NCBI GenBank assembly: GCA_964016885.1
Contig: OZ024742.1
Location: 84,630,001 to 84,694,000 of the forward strand
Direction of reading: 5' to 3'
Source of the DNA: Eledone cirrhosa
Lineage: Eukaryota
Length of the DNA stretch: 64,000 bases
Shown: positions 1-9,880 of the stretch, piece by piece
How positions within the stretch are numbered: position 1 is the stretch's first letter
Layout: every line of letters begins with the position of its first letter
The notes under the pieces: generated by a model
Told to the model about the DNA's origin: nothing
Database searches by the model: none
The model's input: only the letters and a program-made list of their open reading frames with translations
Program-made: the position numbers and the translations under genes

Positions 1-63
1 CAACCGCTCTTTCAAACCAGTTCCTGTACACAGCTAAGTATTCTATAAGTCTCTAGCTGTGTC

Positions 64-152
64 ATTCTCGATAAAAGCACTGGATATGTAATCCTGAAGA
101 TTTCTAATAAGAATGAAACGCGTAGGTTACTTCCCTTGCTTTTATCGAGAAT
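64..152 (+). ncRNA. Type I hammerhead ribozyme, copy 1
   Basis: Stem I GTAATC(88-93)/GGTTAC(125-130). Core CTGAAGA 94-100. Stem II TTCT-AATA-AGAA closed by a T.T. GAAA 115-118, palindromic stem III ACGCGT, GTA cleavage triplet (cut after 124). Stem I extends past an internal loop into a perfect 16-bp helix 64-79/137-152. Confidence 0.85.
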
Positions 153-373
153 CTAATTGTAATACGTGACGTATTCTATTCTATAGCGATTAGGTCTTCA
201 AAATGTTTATTATAAACATACAGAATATTTTCGAATATTCTATGTCTATCTTCACATATATATCGCTATTTCAGAGCATTTAATCCAATTTCTAATTTCT
301 GCCGGACCGGCAACCGCTCTTTCAAACCAGTTCCTGTACACAGCTAAGTATTCTATAAGTCTCTAGCTGTTTC

Positions 374-462
374 ATTCTCGATAAAAGCACTGGATATGTA
401 ATCCTGAAGATTTCTAATAAGAATGAAACGCGTAGGTTACTTCCCTTGCTTTTATCGAGAAT
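374..462 (+). ncRNA. Type I hammerhead ribozyme, copy 2
   Basis: Same motif as copy 1, offset +310; predicted cut after 434. Confidence 0.85.
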
Positions 463-683
463 CTAATTGTAATACGTGACGTATTCTATTCTATAGCGAT
501 TAGGTCTTCAAAATGTTTATTATAAACATACAGAATATTTTCGAATATTCTATGTCTATCTTCACATATATATCGCTATTTCAGAGCATTTAATCCAATT
601 TCTAATTTCTGCCGGACCGGCAACCGCTCTTTCAAACCAGTTCCTGTACACAGCTAAGTATTCTATAAGTCTCTAGCTGTGTC

Positions 684-772
684 ATTCTTGATAAAAGCAC
701 TGGATATGTAATCCTGAAGATTTCTAATAAGAATGAAACGCGTAGGTTACTTCCCTTGCTTTTATCGAGAAT
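684..772 (+). ncRNA. Type I hammerhead ribozyme, copy 3
   Basis: Same motif, offset +620. One C>T in the outer helix converts a C-G pair to a U.G wobble. Predicted cut after 744. Confidence 0.85.
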
Positions 773-870
773 CTAATTGTAATACGTGACGTATTCTATT
801 CTATAGCAATTAGGTCTTCAAAATGTTTATTATAAACATACAGAATATTTTCGAATATTCTATGTCTATC

Positions 871-907
<37 letters not shown>

Positions 908-995
908 ATAATAACAAATTTGAAGACTAAAATCCAAAGAGGGCTCGATAAGGATAAATATATATCAAATATATAAGAATCGTAGAGCAAATATT

Positions 996-1356
996 TATTA
1001 AAATAACAGATTAAAGTTTAAGCAAATAATCGCTACTTTCACCCTTAACGGGATCTTCTGAAACTAACAAAGTCAATCTGTGAAAGCAGAAGTGAATATT
1101 TCAAAAAACGTTGAAACCGGAGGAACACAGGAAGACGATACTTTGGTTGGTGGAAACGTTCCCTGGCAAAGAACGGGAAAAAACGAATATAATACGTCAT
1201 TATTTGGAGCGGTGAAAAACAATTACACGCAAAGACAAAACCACGTTTATGGTATAAATGAAGTCGTAGACTAATATTCTATTAGGTGGTTCAGAAGATC
1301 CCGTTAAGGGTGAAAACAGCGATTCTTTGCTTAAACTTTAATCTGTTATTTTAATA
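996..1356. mobile_element. Short element with 67-bp terminal inverted repeats (MITE-like or Penelope-derived inverted fragment)
   Basis: 996-1062 is the reverse complement of 1290-1356 at 64/67 positions. It begins and ends with TA and has a 227-bp non-coding interior. Confidence 0.6.
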
Positions 1357-1405
1357 TATATATATGTGTGTATGTGTATATGTGTGTATGTATATATATA
1401 TATAT

Positions 1406-1712
1406 GGCTATTTCAGAGCACCAATTCTAATTTTTAATTTCTGCTTCACCGGCAACCGCTCTGTATAATCAGTTACTGATTATTTACTAGAATTCTATAA
1501 GAACCAAACATCCATGATTTCAGCAGACGGGAGGAGTAGTTGGCTTTGATAAGCATCAATAAATGCAGAAACAAGGCCTTGTCAGCTTTATCTCCCCCCG
1601 TTTGCTGAAATTAAAGTGAGTGAGTCTGTCACTACTCTAAAACAATAGCATAAAGTCTTCGAAATGCTTTTAACTAAGCATAAAGTGTATTGCAAAATGC
1701 ACTATATATACA

Positions 1713-1716
<4 letters not shown>
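1406..1716 (+). mobile_element. Diverged solo monomer of the 310-bp retrozyme-like family, flanked by (TA)n
   Basis: Shares gctatttcagagca, taatttctgc, accggcaaccgctct, attctataag and gtcttc-aaatg anchors in the same order and at similar length. (TA)n lies on both sides. Confidence 0.8.
1517..1611 (+). ncRNA. Variant type I hammerhead ribozyme (U3-A8 core)
   Basis: Stem I GGCT(1542-45)/AGCT(1584-87). Core TTGATAA 1546-52. Stem II GCAT-CAATAA-ATGC, extra A1567, GAA. 12-nt palindrome ACAAGGCCTTGT as stem III, GTC triplet (cut after 1583). Outer helix ATTTCAGCAGACGGG/CCCGTTTGCTGAAAT. Confidence 0.65.
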
Positions 1717-1767
<51 letters not shown>

Positions 1768-1853
1768 TAATTGTTATACTCATTTTATTAAGGCTAAATA
1801 GTGAGTCTTGTCACTCTGGTGTTTCAACTGCTTATCATATTGTCATCTACATA

Positions 1854-1899
<46 letters not shown>

Positions 1900-1940
1900 A
1901 GTGTGTGAGTGTGTGTTTGTGTGTATATGTGTGTGTGTGT
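1717..1940. repeat. (TA)n and (TG)n microsatellites
   Basis: (TA)n at 1717-1765 and 1857-1896, followed by TG-rich repeats. Confidence 0.95.
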
Positions 1941-2668
1941 GTTTATGTGGGCAAGCTTGTATGTCTGCATGGTTGCCTGTGTGTATCAGTGTTACTGTGT
2001 GTCAGTGTTATTTGACATTAAATGAAGATATTTTCTAAAGGAGCCTGATATGAATATTTTCGACAATCCCTCTCTCTAATATGAGAGCTTTCAAATATCT
2101 TTGGCACATTTATTCTAAATTGACTAATTTATAAATCAAAATGCCTGTTAGGGAGTGTATTAGATAAAATTTTCCACAGACTACGACTATTATTTATTTT
2201 ATTTAGAATGGTGTTGGGGGAGTTGATATCTAAAATACACCGCCGGCTTGTATTTCGAACTTATAACGTTAAGTGACAATAATTCTTTTCCTTGACTGCT
2301 TTCGCATTATTAAGTAACAATAATATACACACATAGGAATAGAACTCCGCGAAATCTAGCTTCGGGCAAAATTTTAAACTGTCACCAAATTAACTACATA
2401 CACATATGTAAATATATAATATATTTCTACATATACACACAATCTCGCGCATAATCTCGCTACATATAGACGCGCATATTTATGTATCTGCACAAACACA
2501 CACCTACACATATATCTATTTTGTAGGTATATTTTATTATGTTTGCATAGATATGTTTATATTTTCCATATGTGAGAGGTTAAATTTGTGGGAAGATGCG
2601 TGCGCGAATTTGCGTGTGTTCTACCTGCATACGCATTTCAGTTTCCACGCCATTAATAAATAAAAAGG

Positions 2669-2851
2669 GCGGTGAATTGGCAGTATCGATAGAGAGTCAG
2701 ACGCCATGCTTTCCAGCGTAGTTACGTCTCTTTACGGTCTGAGTTCAAATCCCGCCGAGGTTGACTTTGCCTTTCATCCTTACGGGGTCGATAAAATAAA
2801 GTACCAGTAATGTACTGGGTATTTGCTGGCCTTGTGCCAAAAGTAGAAACA
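2669..2851 (+). mobile_element. tRNA-derived SINE, full length, with 17-bp target site duplication
   Basis: A-box-like TTGGCAGTATCG and B box GAGTTCAAATCC. TSD attaataaataaaaagg at 2652-2668 and 2852-2868. Six further copies occur in the window. Confidence 0.9.
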
Positions 2852-3669
2852 ATTAATAAATAAAAAGGCTATCAAGAATGTAAGCTACTGGCAGACATCA
2901 AATAACTACTACATTATTTGCAAAATTAAAAGACGAAAAAGATACGATAGCAAATTATTGCCGAAGCTATATAAATGCTTAGTATTTCATATATTTATAT
3001 TTGAAAATATGAGAAAAGTGTTTGACAAAAAATGTGTAAGATCATATCTAATTACATTTAAAATAACACGTTACACACAAAGGAAGGAAAAGGCCTTTGA
3101 TGATACTTCTTAATTGTTTCTCTTTATCAATTACTAAAAGCTATAACACTTGACAGTCTCTGTTCAAACTAGAAAAGTAATATAACATATAAATATATTT
3201 TATAACTATGTTGTTTCGTCTATTTTGAAATAAATAAATATCTGTTTATTATGAATTGGTCATTTTTACCCAAATATATGTTTATAAGTTAAAAAAGAAG
3301 AAAAGAAAAATCAAAACTAGCTAACTTGCCATGATATGTACTGATAAATGCTTGACAGTTTTCGGAATGATGTTTCTCATTAACTTTATTTCATTAACTC
3401 TGAGAACATAAAGTAAATGCAAAGATATCTGTCAATAGTAACTATTTTCGAGTGCAATAAGTATTTTTAGAAGGAATATACACACTGTAAATTTGTAAAT
3501 ATCTTCATTAAATATTTACTCTAATTGTCAACGTTTCCTAACGCCTCCAAGGAGAGATCGCAGGCGCATCGCCAGCTTTTGTGGCATGAAATGGAGACAG
3601 CAATATATTTTTTAAAATAGGGCCCTCTACCTAAAGCTTAAACGCATCTCTTTATAATCCGTGCCACGG

Positions 3670-3890
3670 ACGATGTAGTATGATTCTTTTGACATGAGCA
3701 GCCGGATTGAAAGTGGTATCATGATTGGTATGTGTAAAATCAGTCGGTCGAAATTTGCAGACGAAATGGTGTAACTTAACTTGACAAGAGCTGATCTCCG
3801 ACTTGCACTAGATAGGCTAGACGCTGAGTGCTGCATGGCTGGAATTAAGATCACTGCTGCGAAAACTGAGACACACGTCCATTCAAGGAT
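3670..3890 (+). pseudogene. Decayed RTE-clade (Expander/Rex3-like) reverse transcriptase fragment
   Basis: The frame from 3721 reads MIGMCKISRSKFADEMV*LNLTRADLRLALDRLDAECCMAGIKITAAKTE. This matches the RTE pattern ...LLFADDLVLL...DLQ.ALDRFAAEC..AGMKIS..KTE. Confidence 0.7.
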
Positions 3891-6159
3891 GATTGCAAGT
3901 AATATTTACTACCTCAGATAGATCGCTCGATACATAGATAATTAAGGGTGGATTTCTGAGAAATATCAAGATGTGACCATAACACAATTTGTACTCACTA
4001 CGTTAGTAGAATATAGGCATCTTTATTTTATATATATATGAATTGAAGTTGGTTGTTCAACACTGGATAGAACCTTTCTTTCTGTGTAGTTAACCATGAT
4101 GTATTAGTATGAAAAGCATTCAACCTGACGCAACTCACTGTCGCTTTATTCAATTATATATATGTAAATATTTAGTCAAAGGGCGATCTATTAAATGCTT
4201 CATGAAAATTCATAGTTCATGTACATTTACCTGTTTGTATATAAATGTAAACACATATTAGTGGCAGTTGGAAGAAACTGACAAAGAAAGGAGGATTTAG
4301 CTTTCAGAAAACAAGTATTTTTCATAAGTCAATGTGTCCATTAGGTTAGTTAAGGGACAACTATGGTAATATATTTCGATCTATAAGTTTTTACCAAACT
4401 TAGTAAAGCTGACATAGACATGAGTGTCTATAGCTACGTTTTACGATATAGAAAAACATCACCGATATTTTTGACAACATTATAAAGCAAAAACCTCTCA
4501 TTTTCTGCGAGGGTTTTATTTTATTAAAAAAGAAAATTATCACAAGTTATGAAGAAGCTTATGTAAATAGTCATCAATTCGCGTTGCTAGCTTTTATATA
4601 TTATATATTTGCTGGAGACCGCTTTCCTTTTGAAATGGCAACATAGCTTAAATTATATGTTTATTGTGTTAGTGTTTTATTGTTCAGAGGTTTTAAAGAA
4701 CAAACACTCAGCACCGTGAACGAATGGAACCCGTGATGAATTTACAGTTTTACTTTAGGAAATTTGTTTTCACCCCTATTAGATGTATTTGAACCATCTG
4801 GAATGGAACATTAGGAAATATATTGTTTTCCCATGGATTCAATTCATGCATTTCCAAAGAGAGGATATAGAATAGTAAGGCTTTTAATATCCATCTGATA
4901 TTCTATTGACTTGGACACCTGCTGTTTTCGAAAGCAACACCGAGAATGTGGCTGTATTGTCTTACTGTTTTAGATACAATACATGTATTACTTAGAATGT
5001 GTTACTATACAATACATGTATTACTTAGAATGTGTTACTATAATATGTTGAGTATCTCTATGAAGGAATATTGATATATCTATCAAAGCGTTGATAACTG
5101 TATTGGCAATGTGTCATAATGCATAATACGTGGCGTAAAGCAAGGCTTCTTGGAACGTTATACATGCAAATAGCTCAAATCCACATTAAAATTTCTATTG
5201 CTTCCCATGCAATTTCATAGCACACTTTTCTCAAGAAATATATCTTCAAATAAAGAAATAGACACAATAGGCATGCATTTATACATTTATTGAATAATCT
5301 GATTGATCTGAAAGAAAACATTCAAAGGATACATGGAATTTATCAAGGAGTATCTGAATAATGGTTGGGAAACTCAGTAGATTACTACCGTGAAGTTTTT
5401 GTTTTCGTTTGTCTTTGCCTGGTACTGTTGAAAATTTCGAATGCTGAATAGATGGCGAAATTTATGATTGAAATGCACGAATAGACAATAGTCATAAGCA
5501 TCTTGTTTATATATGAATACAACAAATCATATTAGGAAACTTACAAACATCAAACGCTAAGGTTATTCACACAATGTTATAAACCACTGATTAATGTTAT
5601 CATTAAATAACATTTTATTTTTCTACCAGAATTCATTACTGATTCAGTTTGTTTTATGGTGCAGCATATAATGTAATAGAAAGAAACACGTATATTTTCG
5701 CTATTAAATCTCGGGTATTTTATGAACCAAAGCAACATATCAGGTGTGCTTCTTTTCTGTATCCACACGAAAATAATGTAATTTTGAAAACGTAAGTGAT
5801 ACAAATGATAGTGTATTAGCTGAAAATATTGGAATGTGCGTGATATAAGAGGTTCTGTAATCTCGACAGAGCAGTTAAATTCTACGTCAATGTTTATGTA
5901 TCTGCGTTATCAATTTAAATATTATTATGAGGGTATATACTATAAAACAGCACGCTCTCTAAACATCGTTTTAATATAAAGATGCGTCCAGTATGATTTT
6001 ACAATGATCAAAATAAATTGTTTCCTTTTCCCGAAGACGGAAATCTAATTACGTCTACAATCACATGTAAAATAGGTGATATCATCCATATAGATAGATT
6101 TAACACCTCATAGGCAAAGAAATAGCGGCAGACAAATTCCTGAAGTATGTTATGTTATC

Positions 6160-6529
6160 ACCATAAACTTTTAAACTGAATTGAGGAGAATACTAAGTAA
6201 AATAAAGTACTACCTTCGAACCAGTTTCTTGAAAGGTGGGTGAGAAGGTAGAATATAGCATGAGTAAATGGACCTGCTCTTAGTATGCACCTGTAGACTG
6301 GAGGAGGACAACTGGATTGGGCACCTGTTGGCTTTGGATTTTGTGGAATTTCACATTGTGTGGTCAACAGAAGTTGTCCCTACTGTGGAATTTATTCTAT
6401 TTGAATTTTTACATGTTTTACTTTTTTTTGGTTAAAATCTACAACGTGTTATCATATGCTATCTTGTAGCATTCTCTGCCGTCCATAATATTTTCTTAAT
6501 TTCAGCCCTGCGTGGCTAATAAAGAAACC
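6160..6529 (+). mobile_element. Old, diverged 3' fragment of Tx1-type LINE
   Basis: gaaaggtgggtgagaag...gtaaatggacct...agtatg resembles the ORF2 end of the younger copies. Ends gtggctaataaagaaacc + (ATT)n. Confidence 0.65.
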
Positions 6530-6542
6530 ATTATTATTTAAG

Positions 6543-6656
6543 TTTACCTTGAATCATTACGCGTTCGATAAAATAAAGTACCAGTCACACACTGAGGTCC
6601 ATTTAATCTACTTTCCCATGCCCCCAAATTGCTGGCCTTGTGCCCATATGAGAAAC

Positions 6657-6657
<1 letters not shown>
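6543..6657 (+). mobile_element. 5'-truncated SINE (longer-body variant)
   Basis: tcgataaaataaagtaccagt ... ttgctggccttgtgcc ... agaaacc, followed by (ATT)n 6658-6696. Confidence 0.75.
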
Positions 6658-6696
<39 letters not shown>

Positions 6697-7467
6697 GTTC
6701 TTTGAGTTTCAGTCATTGATGTTATTTAACTGGAAGGTTTGTTTAATTGAATATCAAGCCACTACCTGCAGCCTCAGACATTCAGGACGTATCGGAGGGT
6801 TCTTGCTGTTCCAAGCAAGTATGCCTTGTGAAGTGTTCCAAAACGTGGGGCTGTACTAATCTTCTTTAACCATCCTTGGAAAGTTATTGAGATAGTACCT
6901 GGTGCACCTATGACAATCGGGACGACCTTGATTTCATGACAGTTCCAAATCCTTTTTAACCCCCACTTTAATTCCTGGTATCGGTTAATTTTCTCCCTCT
7001 CCTTTTCTTGCACTCTCGTGTCAAATGGGCAGGCTACATCTACAATCAGGAACGATCTTTTTCCTTGTCCAAAACCACCAGGTCAGGCCTATTGTGATCT
7101 AATTTCTTGTCCGTCTGTATCCTAAAATCCCATAGCACCTTCACCTGATCTTTTTCTATCACCGACTCTGGCTTATGCTCATACCACTTCTCAGGATGTA
7201 AATTGTTTAGTTTGTATAGATGCCAGTGGATGACCCTGGCTATCACATCATGTCTCCAGCCTTTATAGTGAGTCTGGGCTAGGTGTTTACACTCGGATAC
7301 AATGTGAACCACAGTCTCCTCTCTCTCTCCACAGATCCTAACAGTGAGCTAGCCTCCACATTGTCAATATGGTGTTTCACCCACTTCGTTCTGAGGGCTT
7401 GCTCTTGTGCTGCCATTAGCATTCCTTCTGTAGCTTTTTTTTAAGGTCTCCTCTTTTAACCAGTTCC
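6697..7467 (-). mobile_element. R4/Dong-type LINE (family D1), 5'-truncated, endonuclease region + 3' UTR
   Basis: ORF pieces HIVSEC...RHD...NRPDLVVLDK...QEKEREKINRYQELKW (RLE PD-(D/E)XK domain). 3' end abuts (AAT)n and matches 29591 and 38600. Confidence 0.9.
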
Positions 7468-7488
7468 GTATCATTATTATTATTATTA

Positions 7489-9850
7489 TTCAATGCAAAG
7501 CACGAAGGCTGCGTTGTCAGAGCTAGGGTGCGTGCTCTCAGACACGAGGGGACGAAAGCCGTTCAATGGGCCCGAGTGGCGGAGGCGCGTCGGGGCAATA
7601 AAACCACGATCCGGTCGTTGGTGGACCACGACGGGCGTGTGCTACTCGATCCCGGACAAATGTGTGAAGCTTTTCAGCGACACTTCGCTCAACTGTTCGG
7701 GGGCAGTGGCGGGCCGGATCGAGGGATGCACTTTAGTATCTACCTCGACTGACTGCCGCGGCTTTCGGCCACTGAGGCGGAGAGTTGCGAAAAGCCGATA
7801 ACAACCGCTGAAGTACGGGAGGCAATGACTGGCTGCACAAGGGGTAAATCGCCTGGTTTGGATGGTCTGCCCTATGAACTTTACGTACAAATGCCAGACC
7901 TGTTCGGAGGCCTCTTGGCGGACGTCTACTGCAACTGGCAACAGAACGGGAGAATTCCCAGCTCTGTGAGGCGAGGAGCGGTGGCGCTGCTGAGAAAGGA
8001 TCTGAACAAGGGGGATAACATAGATAATTTTAGGCCCATAACTATGCTAAACACAGAGTTCAAGATTTTGGACAAGGTGTTAGCTACGAGGTTGGCGCTT
8101 GTCGTTGGTGGTCTGGTGGGGGAGGCACAGACATGCGCCATTCCCGACAGATCCATCCACGACAACCTCCACCACATGCGATACATCGTAGAGAGGGTAG
8201 CTAGGGAACCCGGCACGGGTGGGTCTTTGATCAATTTAGATCAGTCGAAAGCCTTCGATAGGGTCGACCATCGTTACCTAGCGGCAGTCCTGAGGGCGGC
8301 TGGCTTTGGACCTGTCTTCAGAGGCTGGATCGCTGCCATGCACAGCGACATCTGCTCTGTAGTGAGAGTGAACGGTCACCTTTCGGAACCGTTCAACATC
8401 ATGCGCTCGGTCCGCCAAGGATGTCCCCTCTCGTCCCTATCGTACGTATTGACTCTCGAGCCATTACTGCACAAACTGGAGACGTTGAGGGGGGTCTCGC
8501 GCGAACTAGGATGCGGAAGATCCGTGTCAGCATATGCGGACGATGTCACCGTAGTGGTGTCGAACGCCAAACACATCGAGGCGATCGGCACTACACTAAG
8601 AGAATACGAAGCGGTGACAGGAGCAATGATCAACGAGGAAAAGTCAGTGGGCCTGCAGCTCGGCACCTGGAGAGGCAGGTCCATGCCGTCCAACAGCGTC
8701 GTCGGGCGCTGGACGAACGGACCGGTTAAATTGCTAGGGGTCTGGTTCGGTCCAGACCTCCAGACGGACAAAAACTGAGACGAGGTGACAAGCAGGGTGG
8801 CTTCTCTCACCCAGAAATGGGCGGAGAGGAAGCTATCCTTGAAAGGTCGAGCGGAGGTGGCTAACGCGTACATCGCGTCTGTCATCTGCTACCGCCTGAC
8901 CGTCGTACCTTGTCCTAAGCCTCGCCTGACTGCGCTGGAGCGTTTGCTCTTTCGCTTTTTGTGGAAGGGACGCGCTCCGATGGTCAGGCGGTCCATCTGT
9001 TGTCAACACCCGCTACGTGGAGGGCTGGGCATGCCGTGGCTGATGATGTGCAGGCACGCGCTCAGGCTACGACATCTCAACCTCTTCCTAGACGGTGATC
9101 AGGTGTGGTCGCTGTTTGCTAGACCCGTATTTCCCCAACTCGTTTCCTTGACGGAGCTTCAGTCCTGGGTCAAGCGAAGACCGAGAGGGAGCGCCTGGAG
9201 ACTGGAATGTCTTCAGGCGCTCAGAGCCCTCGACCAATCGGGCAATGTGATCGGTGGAAACTCCACCTCGGCGTTCTATAGACGATTAGTGGAGGGGAAG
9301 AGCGACGACGTACTTGGGGAAACTCTAGGCCTCGACGAAAATCAACTAGCCAATCTCTTCGGAAGAACTTTCGGGCCGGAGCCTATGGACAATTTCCAGA
9401 AATCTCTGGCCTGGCAGTGTTAACGAGGAGCTTTGCCAGTTCGGGATAAACTCTGCAGGCATGGAGGTGCCGTCAGTTGGGCATGTCCGAAAATCAGAGT
9501 AGAGAGGGAAGTGCTCTCTTCCCAGCATTTTGTTGAAAGATGGGTGAGAGAAGCAAGAATGGCCTGAGTGAATGGGCCTACTCTGAGTTTATATCTGTAA
9601 GTTGAAGGTGAAAACTGGGAGAGGGCACTTGCCTTGGTGGTCAGGGTCACAGTGGCCTTTTACTGGGCTTTCTCCACAAATGTCCCTCCGAAGTCTCACC
9701 CCTATTGGGGTATTTTTCATTGTTATTTTTTTGTTACATCCTCTGTTTTTGTTTTTTACACGCAGAAATGCCCATTTGTACCGTCCTGTATCGTCCTACA
9801 CTGTCCTTAATGTCTACTTTATGTAAACCCTTGTGGTTAATAAAGAAATC
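7489..9850 (+). mobile_element. Tx1-type LINE (A-type ORF2/3' UTR), 5'-truncated, with internal deletion near 9490
   Basis: RT ORF 7825-8778 (KSPGLDG, NFRPITML, DQSKAFDRV, SVRQGCPLS, YADD), premature TGA, continuation 8785-9423. Ends AATAAAGAAATC + (ATT)n, with (ATT)n on both sides. Confidence 0.92.
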
Positions 9851-9880
9851 ATTATTATTATTATTATTATTATTGTTATT

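Larger units (their letters stand above)
1..874 (+). repeat. 310-bp tandem array (>=2.8 units, runs off the left edge), hammerhead-containing retrozyme-like repeat
   Basis: caaccgctctttcaaacc recurs at 1, 311 and 621. Units are nearly identical. The natural unit boundary is a short (TA)n (units <1-263, 264-573, 574-874) and the array ends in (TA)n 875-904. Confidence 0.95.

Noticed and set aside
1-874. CRISPR array or plain satellite
   Set aside because: Units are contiguous 310-bp copies with no unique spacers and the context is eukaryotic. The embedded ribozyme argues against an inert satellite.
1290-1325. Functional hammerhead in the inverted-repeat arms
   Set aside because: The core is CAGAAGA (U4 changed), and there is no A15.1-U16.1 pair, NUH triplet or stable stem I.
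2669-2760. tRNA gene
   Set aside because: A B box is present but there is no cloverleaf. The sequence is multicopy with TSDs and 5' truncations, so it is a SINE head.
4974-5039. 33-bp direct tandem duplication
   Set aside because: Two copies only, with no structure or context; an ordinary local duplication.
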